Below, piece by piece: positions 30,037-39,916 of a DNA stretch of 64,000 nt. The stretch's first letter is position 1. Every line of letters starts with the position of its first letter. The translations under genes and the position numbers were made by a program. The stretch spans positions 64,001-128,000 of IMG/VR virus record IMGVR_UViG_3300023048_000001; one strand, given 5' to 3'. This stretch comes from a virus. Its lineage: Duplodnaviria > Caudoviricetes. Below the pieces are notes generated by a model. That model saw only the letters and a program-made list of their open reading frames with translations. It was not told the DNA's origin and did not search any database.

Positions 30037-30252
30037 TTAGTCTTTAGGTCTATCAGCATAGGGTGACAGGTCAATACGTATGACACCATTGGTAGCTACC
30101 ACATGTTGAAACAGTTGTCCATCCCTTGTGTATCGTGTAAGACGTTCGGGATAGTATCCATGTACTCTCTTACATAGCCAGTTAGTGGCAGCTACACAAC
30201 CCATGCGTCTATGCTTGGACTGCCATTCATTGATAGCATTGTCAAGTGTCAT
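30037..30252 (-). CDS. Small hypothetical protein
   Basis: 71-aa ORF, ATGA overlap. Confidence 0.55.
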   Translation of the reverse strand: MTLDNAINEWQSKHRRMGCVAATNWLCKRVHGYYPERLTRYTRDGQLFQHVVATNGVIRIDLSPYADRPKD

Positions 30253-30476
30253 ATGCTCTCGTACTTATCTATCAGGTAACCCATGACACCATCATAGCTA
30301 CCAGACGAGTATAGGGTAGAGGTACCGCTCATGAACCCGTCTGTATTGAAGTAGGTGACCAGCACGACATAAGACCCATGCGACTCCACTACCTCATAGT
30401 AGGACGCGTCTACAGAGCCTCTGGTGGAGGCTGAGGTGATGACGAGTTTATCACCACTGATATAGAATGCGTGCAT
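30249..30476 (-). CDS. Small hypothetical protein
   Basis: 75-aa ORF. Confidence 0.55.
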   Translation of the reverse strand: MHAFYISGDKLVITSASTRGSVDASYYEVVESHGSYVVLVTYFNTDGFMSGTSTLYSSGSYDGVMGYLIDKYESI

Positions 30477-30478
30477 GG

Positions 30479-30739
30479 TTATATCCGTTGCAGTGTGGTG
30501 ATGGGTTTGGAACGGTTGAGGGTATCGCCATGGTGCAGCATGAAGCCAATGTATCCACGCTTAGCGCATTCATCCTTAGCGAGTGCGATGTTATCCTGCA
30601 AGGTATGACGACCGTCGAGGATGATGGTAGCACGGTCACCGGTTGCTTCTATGGGCTTCTTGGCATCGTCACGGAAGATGGGAGGCGCAGAGCCTTTGAC
30701 ATAGCCGGTGGACATCTGAAAGAAGGTGGCAAAGATCAT
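30479..30739 (-). CDS. Small hypothetical early protein
   Basis: Directly follows an element B leader. Confidence 0.75.
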   Translation of the reverse strand: MIFATFFQMSTGYVKGSAPPIFRDDAKKPIEATGDRATIILDGRHTLQDNIALAKDECAKRGYIGFMLHHGDTLNRSKPITTLQRI

Positions 30740-30838
30740 GGTAGTTCCTTGTGGTGTGGAGCCATTATAATGGAATTGACTTAGGTGTCAACACCTTTGT
30801 ATAAAAGAAAACCCCCTTTCGGGGGCTTGACTGTGAGG

Positions 30839-31048
30839 TTAGTAGTTAACCTCATTGATATAGGTTGCTAGTCTCGACCCTCGTTTGATTTCACGAGCCT
30901 GTTTACGGGTCAGGGTGGGGAGGCTATCGAAGTAGGCATTGGCAGCTTCCTTGTACTCGGCCTTCTCTTCAGTAGTCATGGCCTTGAGCATGGCGCTCGT
31001 AACGTGCTTGAAATTGGTGGGCATCGCGATGATATTGGAAGCAGCCAT
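30839..31048 (-). CDS. Small hypothetical early protein
   Basis: Element B leader; terminator at 30808-30828. Confidence 0.75.
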   Translation of the reverse strand: MAASNIIAMPTNFKHVTSAMLKAMTTEEKAEYKEAANAYFDSLPTLTRKQAREIKRGSRLATYINEVNY

Positions 31049-31108
31049 GATCGTATCTCCTGTGGTGTGGATTCATTATAACGTAAATGAATCCACTGTC
31101 AACAGGGA

Positions 31109-31357
31109 TCAGGGATTATTTTTACGATGGTTCTGTGTAGCATAGGACTCGTGCATGTGCACCACCCGTCCCGTATCTTGATCTACGGCCCTTGCAGCTA
31201 ATTGGTGTACGTTGAGTTGCATCCGTTCCGCGTAGGCGCACATGTAGCCATCCACGGCTATGATGATATTATCTATTGGGCACTGTGGATGAAGTCTAGC
31301 ACTGAGGCGATGCCAGACAATGTGTTTTGTATCATGCTTGACTTCGATAACTATCAT
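31109..31357 (-). CDS. Small hypothetical protein
   Basis: TAATG coupling to the upstream gene. Confidence 0.55.
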   Translation of the reverse strand: MIVIEVKHDTKHIVWHRLSARLHPQCPIDNIIIAVDGYMCAYAERMQLNVHQLAARAVDQDTGRVVHMHESYATQNHRKNNP

Positions 31358-31725
31358 TAGCGGATGTCCGGCGTTGCAGCGTTGATGTTGTCCACGTTCT
31401 TAGCGAACCAGTCTTCTAACTTCTGCACCACTTCCTGTTCAGTCTTTCCGCTAATCTTGCGGACGTTGACACCAACGGCTTTAAGTGCACGCTTGGCGAA
31501 CATGTGACCTTCGATCATCCAACCGTTGCCATCCTTCTGGACAAGCAGGCGCATGTGGAGCGGGTCATTGTGGATGATACCATTGGCCCAAGTCTTTGAC
31601 GATGCGAACTCAACGCAGATGGTGGACTCGCCAATGAGTTTCCACGGCCATGCCTTGACGTGAGCGTTGGGGAACATGAGGCTAACGTTCTGGACGAAGG
31701 CATTGCAGATGTCATGCTGGCTCAT
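31357..31725 (-). CDS. Hypothetical early protein
   Basis: Element B leader, start MSQHDI. Confidence 0.75.
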   Translation of the reverse strand: MSQHDICNAFVQNVSLMFPNAHVKAWPWKLIGESTICVEFASSKTWANGIIHNDPLHMRLLVQKDGNGWMIEGHMFAKRALKAVGVNVRKISGKTEQEVVQKLEDWFAKNVDNINAATPDIR

Positions 31726-31807
31726 GGTGAATCCTCTGTGGTGTGTAGCCATTATAAAACAAAAGGGCCTGCGGATGCAAGCCCTTTCCATTATATTTTA
31801 AGCGTTA

Positions 31808-32098
31808 TCAGCATGCACCTTCGGCCATACGCAAACGATGCTCAGAGGCATCATCTGGATCATCATAGACAACCCTTTGCCCATCACTACCTGTGCGATA
31901 GATAGGTTGACGTTCGGGTTCATCACGGACCTTGCCTGTTGAGTTGCAGTAGGTACAGGGAGCGTCATATCCACCTTCAAGGTAGAATTCCCAATCGTCA
32001 GCATCAAAAGAATTACGATCCACAACGCCGATGACATCTACCCTCTCTTCGCCATTGCATACAGGGCAAATGATGTATGGGGCTTTAGCATTGGACAT
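31808..32098 (-). CDS. DnaJ-type zinc-finger-like small protein
   Basis: CPVCNG...CTYCNSTG; element B leader. Confidence 0.7.
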   Translation of the reverse strand: MSNAKAPYIICPVCNGEERVDVIGVVDRNSFDADDWEFYLEGGYDAPCTYCNSTGKVRDEPERQPIYRTGSDGQRVVYDDPDDASEHRLRMAEGAC

Positions 32099-32168
32099 GA
32101 TGGAATCCTCTGTGGTGTACTTACATTATAGAGGAATACATTCAAAAAGAAAAGCCCCTGTGAGGGGC

Positions 32169-32366
32169 TTAGTCTAATATCTTGTCTGTATGAAAATAGT
32201 CAGGAACGCGTGACACCCACACCTCAAGATTGGGGTATTGATTCTTAGCCCATGCTTCTACCTTGAGTCTACCGTCACGATCATTGGGAGCATTCACTTG
32301 AACCGTTTCACGTTCGCGCCAGCTAAACCCTTCAGTGTTCGGTTTGGTTTCAACCCGAAATTTCAT
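32169..32366 (-). CDS. Small hypothetical early protein
   Basis: AAGGA SD, own promoter, terminator at 32152-32171. Confidence 0.65.
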   Translation of the reverse strand: MKFRVETKPNTEGFSWRERETVQVNAPNDRDGRLKVEAWAKNQYPNLEVWVSRVPDYFHTDKILD

Positions 32367-32390
32367 GGCTATTCCTTGTGTGTACTTACA

Positions 32391-32594
32391 TTATACAGGA
32401 AGGTCGAGCTTGATTGCAACACGATCAAAGAGACGGTTAGCTACCGCATTCTCTTTTGCCACGTATTCACCTGCCTTCTCTTGGGTCATGAGGGTGGCTT
32501 GATAGTCCACATCCCAATTGCGATGATAGATACCATCCCAAGCGGCAGGGGTGACACGCTTGAGGATAACGTGATCTTTGGCATCGGTCATCAT
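32391..32594 (-). CDS. Small hypothetical early protein
   Basis: GAGGA SD, own promoter. Confidence 0.65.
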   Translation of the reverse strand: MMTDAKDHVILKRVTPAAWDGIYHRNWDVDYQATLMTQEKAGEYVAKENAVANRLFDRVAIKLDLPV

Positions 32595-32776
32595 GATTCC
32601 TCTGTGGGTAGATGCATTATATACAATCATTGAGCATCACGCAACACTTTTTTATAATGAAATAGTGCTTGTATCAATTCGATTTCTATTATAAAATAGG
32701 ATGGAGGTTGGAGATAAGGAGAGGCTAAAAAACAAAGGCCACCCCTTGACAGGATGGCCTTTGTGTGTATGTTCAG

Positions 32777-33139
32777 TTAGAAGCTACGATCATAGAAGGG
32801 GTTGGCACGGCCAATGAAGGCATCACGAACGGTACCCTTGAGCTTGCCACGGACGATTACCTCATGCAGAGACGGTTCGCCAAGCGGTGTGGAATCGTTC
32901 TCCCAACCCTTGACAGCGTAGCCTTCGGATTCGAAGTCCACCTTCCACGACATTTCCTGCAACATGTAACCCTTGATCTTGCCATTCTTGCCGTAGACAA
33001 TTTCGGTCACCTTGGCAGGCTTACGATCACGACCATAGAGGATAGTAGCCCAATCACCCACCTTTGCGTCAGGCTTGGCCGTGGTATCAGCCATCATGCC
33101 GCTGTAGAGGTTGCCGTACTTCATGGTGTTGTTGCTCAT
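32777..33139 (-). CDS. Hypothetical early protein
   Basis: Element B leader; C-terminal FYDRSF. Confidence 0.75.
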   Translation of the reverse strand: MSNNTMKYGNLYSGMMADTTAKPDAKVGDWATILYGRDRKPAKVTEIVYGKNGKIKGYMLQEMSWKVDFESEGYAVKGWENDSTPLGEPSLHEVIVRGKLKGTVRDAFIGRANPFYDRSF

Positions 33140-33378
33140 GGGTCTATCTCCGTGTGGTGTGATGCTATTCTACTAAAGGAATGTGTATCACGCAACCCCT
33201 TTTGAGTAATTATTTTAAATTAAATTAGCACTTGCACCAATTCGATTTCTGTTATAAAATAGGGTTGTGGCTGGGAGAGCAAGTGATTGGGTAAAAAGAA
33301 ACCCTCTCCACACCACATAGAGAGGGTTCCGACTTGCTCAGTTGCTACATGCTACCGTGTCACACTCACCCGTATACT

Positions 33379-33921
33379 TTAGCGAATCTTGATGACCTTG
33401 ACAATCTCAGTCTTATCACCAATGCTTTCGGCAATATCCATTGCCATTTGCTGAATTTCAGCTTGGATACATTCAGTGGCGTATGATTCAATACCCCACC
33501 GGGATTCTTCAGGGCCTTCAACGGGATTCCCGTTTACATCCAGTAGCTTGACAGTGACACCAACATAGTGCCACTCACTCGCGAGCCAGCCCCGCAAGTG
33601 TTTCATATCTTCATTCACGGCAAGCTCAAGCGCCTTACCCGGATGCATATCCGGCTTCACACCATCTGCTACCCAACCTTGAGCTTTCGCTTTCTTCATA
33701 GCGCCAGCAAAGTCATAGAGCCAGATGTCATAACCATCAACATGGATGACACGCTCACCGGGAGCCTTGAACGAACGGTATCCATTGTTACGTGTGTTCA
33801 CATGGCGAACCGTACCGTGTGCATCCGAACGGTCCCACGGACATTCATTGTCAAGATCAACCTCAATGAAATACTGAAAGCTAAGACCATTGATAGAGAA
33901 GATGGTTTCATGAATGCGCAT
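33379..33921 (-). CDS. Hypothetical early protein
   Basis: Element B leader; WHYVGV..ESRWGIES. Confidence 0.75.
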   Translation of the reverse strand: MRIHETIFSINGLSFQYFIEVDLDNECPWDRSDAHGTVRHVNTRNNGYRSFKAPGERVIHVDGYDIWLYDFAGAMKKAKAQGWVADGVKPDMHPGKALELAVNEDMKHLRGWLASEWHYVGVTVKLLDVNGNPVEGPEESRWGIESYATECIQAEIQQMAMDIAESIGDKTEIVKVIKIR

Positions 33922-33978
33922 GGTGGTTCCCTGTGGTGTGGAAGCATTATAACGTAATTGGTCTAACTGTGCAACACC

Positions 33979-34374
33979 TTATTCAATATTGGTGCGCAGA
34001 TAGAGCCAGCCACGGGAAGATTCAGCTTCAATGTACCACTTGCGGAAGTCGTCACGCAATGGCTTGGAAATGGCATCACCCAAGCCATTGTCTTCCAACT
34101 CTTTACGATCCCAAAAGCCTACACCATGACCACGGGCAGTCAGGTACAGATCGTGGCCGAATGCCGCTTCAGGGCTTCCAGAGTCAGGATGGGAACCATA
34201 ACCCTCAACCGCCAGCACTTGACGGGAAAGCTTTGGATATGCTTTGACGAATGCTTCAGCATACTTGCGAGCGGACGCCAGAGCCTTTTTGGTAACCTGT
34301 GGGTTCTTATCCTCACAATCGGCCCATACTGCGACAATGCACATATGCTTGGCGATGATGTCGAAGTCGATCAT
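33979..34374 (-). CDS. Hypothetical early protein
   Basis: Element B leader; GHDLYLT..GHGVGFWDR. Confidence 0.75.
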   Translation of the reverse strand: MIDFDIIAKHMCIVAVWADCEDKNPQVTKKALASARKYAEAFVKAYPKLSRQVLAVEGYGSHPDSGSPEAAFGHDLYLTARGHGVGFWDRKELEDNGLGDAISKPLRDDFRKWYIEAESSRGWLYLRTNIE

Positions 34375-34603
34375 GAGGTTATCTCCCGTGGTGTGGAGCT
34401 ATTATAAAACAAATGGAAAGGGGTTGCAAGGGTTTTGTGTAAAATAAAAGTGCCGGGGGTTATCGTCCGGCGTCCCATTTCGTATTGTCTCATATGGAAG
34501 CGTTATAATGGCAAAGGGTCCGCTACACCCACCGTTCAGCCTAAGTCGTTACTAACCGCTACGGCTGACACGTCCGTAACATAGCGGTCTTCAGGGTTAG
34601 CTC

Positions 34604-34873
34604 TTACTCGTTGGGCTTGAGGAATTCAGGCCAGAGGAAGGCATGCATTTCGTTTTCCGAATTGAGCAGCCAATTGTGGATGCTATTGGGGATACGGTCG
34701 GATTCGTCACCGATTTCACCCGTGTCAACTGCGCAGTTATACGTTGCGCTGTCACCGTTGGGAGCGTAGACCATGGCGGGAGTACCAGCACCCGGATCGT
34801 CAGGAATGATTTCACTCTTATCGAGTACCAGCTTCCAGCCGTCTTTGGTAAGGGTCTTCACGTTATCGCTCAT
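34604..34873 (-). CDS. Hypothetical early protein
   Basis: Element B leader; DDPGAGTPAMV. Confidence 0.75.
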   Translation of the reverse strand: MSDNVKTLTKDGWKLVLDKSEIIPDDPGAGTPAMVYAPNGDSATYNCAVDTGEIGDESDRIPNSIHNWLLNSENEMHAFLWPEFLKPNE

Positions 34874-34942
34874 GGTGTATCTCCTGTGGTGTGATTCCAT
34901 TATACTGGAACCATGGCAGAATGCAATACTTTTGTTGAATAA

Positions 34943-35293
34943 TTAAGGGCTAAAGTATTCTTTGATAACCCTTGACGCTTCAGCAATATTATGGGTTAGC
35001 ATTTCATCAGAGATAGGACCAATCAATTCCCTGATATCTTTCTCATTGTCAAGGGTTATCAACCTATCACCGTAACCACCCATGGCGTCTACCATATTGG
35101 TTCCGTTAATGTCAAATGCCCTGTCATCATCGAGCAATACCCAAGCGTGACCGATGTAGGGATCGATTTCCTCGCACAGTTCTACCACCATTGTCAAGCC
35201 ATAGGCCCGATGCATGGCCAGTGCCAGATACATGCATTTGCCGCACATATAAGCATCGATGATTGACTCAGGTACGGGCTTGATGGCATGCAT
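34943..35293 (-). CDS. Hypothetical protein with possible Cys-His-Asp triad
   Basis: G.C..LALA..., HAWV...FDING. Confidence 0.55.
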   Translation of the reverse strand: MHAIKPVPESIIDAYMCGKCMYLALAMHRAYGLTMVVELCEEIDPYIGHAWVLLDDDRAFDINGTNMVDAMGGYGDRLITLDNEKDIRELIGPISDEMLTHNIAEASRVIKEYFSP

Positions 35294-35455
35294 TAATATC
35301 TACCAGATGTCTTATGTGTGGTTACATTATACACAATCCATTACATAACACAACTCTTTTTTATAATGAAATAGGTGTTGACTGATTTCGATTTCTATTA
35401 TAAAATAGGTTGTGGCTGGGAGACTGTGCATAATGGAACTAAGCACACCACGCAA

Positions 35456-35773
35456 CTACTTTGTTATACAGAAATCGTAATCAGGGTGACGTGCCAAGTA
35501 GTTCTTAAGAAATTCCTTAGCTTCGTCCATGCTGGCAAAATCATGCTGAAACGTTCCCCAACCCCACTGACCGTTTCCCTTGGGTACACGAATCATCAAC
35601 CTGATAGGTGCATGGTCACCAGTGCGAACACGATAGGGTGTATATTCATCTTTACAAGCCAGCATGGCTATGGTATCACCATCAGGCGTCTCGGCGCTGG
35701 GCCATCCTCGCCGTTCGAATGAACGATAACGACCAGTGGGTGCAGACTGGACTTTCCATGCATATTTAATCAC
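35456..35773 (-). CDS. Hypothetical protein
   Basis: 105-aa ORF, TAG stop. Confidence 0.65.
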   Translation of the reverse strand: MIKYAWKVQSAPTGRYRSFERRGWPSAETPDGDTIAMLACKDEYTPYRVRTGDHAPIRLMIRVPKGNGQWGWGTFQHDFASMDEAKEFLKNYLARHPDYDFCITK

Positions 35774-35966
35774 GATGGTTCACCAGTTGTTCATTCAGCA
35801 CTGCACACCTTGCATCAGCCTGACGCTTATGTTCGTGCAAGGGTACGGAACCATAGCAGTCCCATGGATATGCTGAATCGACTATGTATGATCCACGGCT
35901 ACCGTATCGAATAACACGGTAGCCAGTAAGGATGCCAGAGATGTACCACGGCAGGACTTCCCACAT
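35766..35966 (-). CDS. Small hypothetical protein
   Basis: MWEVLP..., AAGGTG SD. Confidence 0.5.
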   Translation of the reverse strand: MWEVLPWYISGILTGYRVIRYGSRGSYIVDSAYPWDCYGSVPLHEHKRQADARCAVLNEQLVNHRD

Positions 35967-35967
35967 G

Positions 35968-36174
35968 TTACACCACCTTGCGCGGATCGCGCGATTCAAT
36001 GATGTCACCCGTGGCGTAGTTCGTGGTGCGGTAATACATGGGACGGCCATCAACCATCTTGATACCGATGGAAGGATTGGCATTCAGGAAATCTTCAATG
36101 ACCATCTTCTGGATAGCAGCCTGACGAGTAGCGGCTTCGGTGTTGAAGACGTTGGGGGCGGTTGCGAGGGTCAT
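35968..36174 (-). CDS. Small hypothetical early protein
   Basis: Element B leader. Confidence 0.75.
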   Translation of the reverse strand: MTLATAPNVFNTEAATRQAAIQKMVIEDFLNANPSIGIKMVDGRPMYYRTTNYATGDIIESRDPRKVV

Positions 36175-36251
36175 TGTGTATCTCCTGTGGTGTGGAATCA
36201 TTATAACGTAATTGACCAGAGCCGTCAACAACTTTATATAAAAAAAGTCCC

Positions 36252-36503
36252 CTATTCGGGGACTTTGTTGATGAAGACGTGGAGTTCATCGAAGGCCGAT
36301 TCGTACAGTGCAGCCTTACAGTCTTGAGGCGTTCCGGTTTCCAGTGTCGAATCGATCTTACCATTTTCGAAAATGTCAATAGCGGACTTACCGTTACGGA
36401 CAGAGGCGATGTATCGATAACCTACATTCTCACCCTTGGCCTTGTCTAGCACGTTATTGACCATTTCGCAACGAGAGCGCAGACTTTCGTGAGTGAATCG
36501 CAT
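36252..36503 (-). CDS. Small hypothetical early protein
   Basis: GGAG SD, own promoter, terminator at 36241-36266. Confidence 0.7.
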   Translation of the reverse strand: MRFTHESLRSRCEMVNNVLDKAKGENVGYRYIASVRNGKSAIDIFENGKIDSTLETGTPQDCKAALYESAFDELHVFINKVPE

Positions 36504-36560
36504 GGTGCTATCTCCGGTGGTTAATTCCATTATACATGAAGCTCAACCATCGTACAAGGG

Positions 36561-36824
36561 TTAGCTATTCACTCCATAGAGCGCCAGCACGGCCTTCAGA
36601 TGGTGTTTGTTTGCGAATTCCAAGCGCTGAATCAGCATGATTTCTTCCACTGCGGATTCACACTTGACACCGAGATATGCCAGACCGATTGCCTTCAGGC
36701 CATTGTCCAACTGGTCCAGATTCGAACCCGGAATCATCTTAATGAATTCGACCACCATCTTACTGAAACCGTCGAAGTCGGTGGTGATGGTAAGAGCGGC
36801 GAGAGTATCAATGTTATCGGTCAT
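36561..36824 (-). CDS. Small hypothetical early protein
   Basis: Element B leader. Confidence 0.75.
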   Translation of the reverse strand: MTDNIDTLAALTITTDFDGFSKMVVEFIKMIPGSNLDQLDNGLKAIGLAYLGVKCESAVEEIMLIQRLEFANKHHLKAVLALYGVNS

Positions 36825-37001
36825 GGTAGTTCCCTGTGGTGTGATTACATTATACACAATCAATCCGGATATGCAACTCTTTTTTATAATGAAATAGGTG
36901 TTGACTGATTTCGATTTCTGTTATAAAATAGGTTGTGGCTGGGGAACCAGCATCAATTAAAATAAAACCCACCCTTGACAGGTGGGTTTCGTTATGATGG
37001 A

Positions 37002-37397
37002 TCAGCCGTATACGACGCTACCGAAGAGCATGTATTGCATGATGATATCAGCATCTTCACCATCGTAATTTTCATTCATCACGTTCATGATGCGGGAGAC
37101 AGGGATGGTATCCCAATTCTTCTTAATCAGTTCCAACGTGAGGATATGCTTATCTTCGCTCTCCATATCCGTGAAGGTGAGACCCTTACCCTTGCGGAGC
37201 ATTTGAGCCTGCACGTCTTCGATACAGATGGAACCTTTGATGGGCATGTCATCAGCATTGAGTTCAGCCTTGGCATCTTCGTACTCGTCATCATCATAAG
37301 ACAGTTCGAAACCGTAGTCCACAAAGAAGGGAAGGCCAGTGGTCAGAGCATGATAAGCAATGTTGATCATTTCTTCGTTCGTGGCGATCAGCTTCAT
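37002..37397 (-). CDS. Acidic hypothetical early protein
   Basis: Element B leader; C-terminal DADIIMQYMLFG.VVYG. Confidence 0.75.
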   Translation of the reverse strand: MKLIATNEEMINIAYHALTTGLPFFVDYGFELSYDDDEYEDAKAELNADDMPIKGSICIEDVQAQMLRKGKGLTFTDMESEDKHILTLELIKKNWDTIPVSRIMNVMNENYDGEDADIIMQYMLFGSVVYG

Positions 37398-37543
37398 GGT
37401 GTATCTCCTGTGGTGTGGAATCAGTATAACGTAATTCCAGATAGAGTCAACAATTATTTTAAATTAAATTGGCACTTGCACCAATTCGATTTCTATTATA
37501 AAATAGGTTGTGGCTGGGGAACTGACCGAAATGAAACCCGAAT

Positions 37544-37777
37544 TTACTCGGGCTTGCACGCTTGATCAAGGTTGAGGTGCCAGCTATCACGGGCACCATT
37601 GTGGTACAGGTAAGAGCCATCATTGAATCTGACGTTGGAAATCATGGTTCCACGCTGATCATCAATGACATACACTCCCGTAGCCTTGCCTTCACGCTGT
37701 AGCTTGGATATGACAGCCAGCACGAAATCAGGGCCACCATTGCGGGAATTGTCAAGGATTTCCTTCGCAATGGTCAT
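37544..37777 (-). CDS. Small hypothetical protein
   Basis: ATGA coupling. Confidence 0.6.
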   Translation of the reverse strand: MTIAKEILDNSRNGGPDFVLAVISKLQREGKATGVYVIDDQRGTMISNVRFNDGSYLYHNGARDSWHLNLDQACKPE

Positions 37778-38061
37778 GAATTCGGAACATCTTTAATCGT
37801 TACCTTTTTGGTCCACACGTCTTCCAGACCCGTGAGGTATGAATAGGCCGTCTGATAGGTCTCACGCGCAGGCTTATAGCCCAACCCTAGCACGCCACGG
37901 ACACCACCACTGGCATTTGTAACCTGCACCAGCTTGACACCACCATATGCACGGTCGAAATGGAAGTTACCCACTTCGTTAAAGGATTGCGGTGTGCCTG
38001 CTACACGATTGAGCATGGTTGCGAGGTTGTCAAAATCTTGTTTAGTGATACGGTCGGCCAT
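37774..38061 (-). CDS. Hypothetical early protein
   Basis: Element B leader; AYGG..L...GG. Confidence 0.75.
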   Translation of the reverse strand: MADRITKQDFDNLATMLNRVAGTPQSFNEVGNFHFDRAYGGVKLVQVTNASGGVRGVLGLGYKPARETYQTAYSYLTGLEDVWTKKVTIKDVPNS

Positions 38062-38264
38062 GTCTATCTCCTGTGGTGTGGAAACATTATAATGGAATTC
38101 ACAATGTAGTGCAACCCTTTTATAAAGAAAACCCCGCAATTAGCGGGGTTTGTGTCTGGCGTTGAACCGTGCGATACGCGCGTCACGGTGTTTGCTGCGG
38201 GGTTTGGTTGGGTTCCAATGGTCCCAACCCCATGATGGACGATAGTGGTAGTTCATGGTTATCC

Positions 38265-38657
38265 TTATTCGTGGCGGTCGTGAACAGAGAGGGGAGCGCC
38301 ATAGGTTTCGGCAAAGCGGCTGTCACTGGTATATGCCCAATTTCCGCCAGCCATGGGAGCATTCATATCACCTTCCACCTTGAGACGGTAGGGACAACCT
38401 TCCATTGCAGGTGGCAACACTTCGAAGATGACAGCACGCTTCCGGTAATCTTCAGTCATATCTTCCAATTTCCAATTACCACGCTCACATGGTACGAAAA
38501 AGCTTTTTGCATTGACTCCGAACGTATCCAGTGCCGTGACACCACCGTTTGTGCAGTCGGTTCCCATGCGCAGGATATCCACTAACAGGTAACGTCCACA
38601 TTCATTCAAGGCCTGAGCGCCAGCAAAGGTATGGGTAGTGAAGTGATTGAAGCGCAT
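38265..38657 (-). CDS. Hypothetical early protein
   Basis: Element B leader; DCTNGGV..MAGGN...SDSRF..HDR.E. Confidence 0.75.
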   Translation of the reverse strand: MRFNHFTTHTFAGAQALNECGRYLLVDILRMGTDCTNGGVTALDTFGVNAKSFFVPCERGNWKLEDMTEDYRKRAVIFEVLPPAMEGCPYRLKVEGDMNAPMAGGNWAYTSDSRFAETYGAPLSVHDRHE

Positions 38658-38839
38658 GGTGAAACTCCTGTGGTGTGGAATCATTATAATTGAATATACG
38701 CCAGTGTCAAGCATGATATTCAATTAAATTAGTTGTTGACTGATTTCGATTTCTGTTATAAAATAGGTTGTGGCTGGGGAACTATCATCACGGGAGAAGA
38801 AACCCCTCCACACCACATAGAGGGGTTCCGTGTTACACT

Positions 38840-39052
38840 TTAAGCGCGGAGCGAAAGAACCATGGCAACACCCGGCACGTCCTGCACTTCCAGAGCGCTG
38901 TAAATCTTCACGCCAGCATCCGAAACCATGAATGCACGGGCCGTATCATCGCTGGGGTTGATATTGTGGGTTTTGAGATATTCACGGAAGGCTTCCACAC
39001 CCTTGTCAGCGGCTTCGCCTATGGTGACCACGTTGATGACTTTGCGGCTCAT
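38840..39052 (-). CDS. Small hypothetical protein
   Basis: AAGGGA SD. Confidence 0.65.
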   Translation of the reverse strand: MSRKVINVVTIGEAADKGVEAFREYLKTHNINPSDDTARAFMVSDAGVKIYSALEVQDVPGVAMVLSLRA

Positions 39053-39083
39053 TTTGGTTCCCTTGGAAGTGAATTAGATTATA

Positions 39084-39383
39084 TCAGGAATTGTTGCAAG
39101 CGGCAAGCGCTTTGGCACGGCGTGCATCACGTTCAGTGATGGAATGCTTGGAATATTCTTTCTTGTAATGCTTGTTCAAAAACCCGTTGATGCTGCGCAG
39201 GTACTTGAACGAATTGTCGAATGCTGCCTTGTCGGCCTGATATTCGCGACTCAACCGGATATGTTCGGGAGTCAAACCCATCGGACCCTTCTCAGGATAC
39301 TTGTCATTCAGGATAGCTGACATACGGTCAACTTGAGCGTTGAACTCTTTTTGAACATCGAGGGCTTCTTGAAATGACATCAT
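39084..39383 (-). CDS. Hypothetical early protein
   Basis: Element B leader; GPMGLTPE. Confidence 0.75.
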   Translation of the reverse strand: MMSFQEALDVQKEFNAQVDRMSAILNDKYPEKGPMGLTPEHIRLSREYQADKAAFDNSFKYLRSINGFLNKHYKKEYSKHSITERDARRAKALAACNNS

Positions 39384-39459
39384 GGCTTTGGTTTCCTGTG
39401 GTGTGATTCCATTATACATGAACCACACTATGGGTCAAGCATTTCTTTTAAATAAAATG

Positions 39460-39660
39460 CTATTGGTTAATGACAGCCTTGATTGAACCCGGTGCCCAGC
39501 CAGTGTCAGTTTTGTTCAACTGTACGGCGGCACTCATGTTAACCACATTCGTCCGAGGGCTCTTCACAAGCCCTAGGAGCTTGATGGCAAACTCTACGGC
39601 TTCATTGGGATTGTCGAAAATCACCAATGGTACACGCGGATCGGTGTTATCAATTTGCAC
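39460..39660 (-). CDS. Small hypothetical protein
   Basis: GGAGG SD, GTG start, TAG stop. Confidence 0.6.
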   Translation of the reverse strand: MQIDNTDPRVPLVIFDNPNEAVEFAIKLLGLVKSPRTNVVNMSAAVQLNKTDTGWAPGSIKAVINQ

Positions 39661-39916
39661 GATCAGCCTCCAATTTCTTGCGGTAGGTGATTTCTTCCTC
39701 GACCTTGGCGCGCATCGTTGCGATGAACGTTTCACCCAATGCCACCCATTCCGCATCGGTATTGTCTTTATAGTAGCAGACATATACCGATTCAGTTTCG
39801 TAAAAGCTGGCGGTGTCATCAGTAAAGGAAAAGTACAGGTAGCCATCACGGTTATTGATCAGTTCGCAACGGCTGTCAATCTTTGCCAGTTTACGATTAA
39901 CGTCACGAATTGCCAT
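39650..39916 (-). CDS. Hypothetical early protein
   Basis: Element B leader. Confidence 0.75.
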   Translation of the reverse strand: MAIRDVNRKLAKIDSRCELINNRDGYLYFSFTDDTASFYETESVYVCYYKDNTDAEWVALGETFIATMRAKVEEEITYRKKLEADRAN

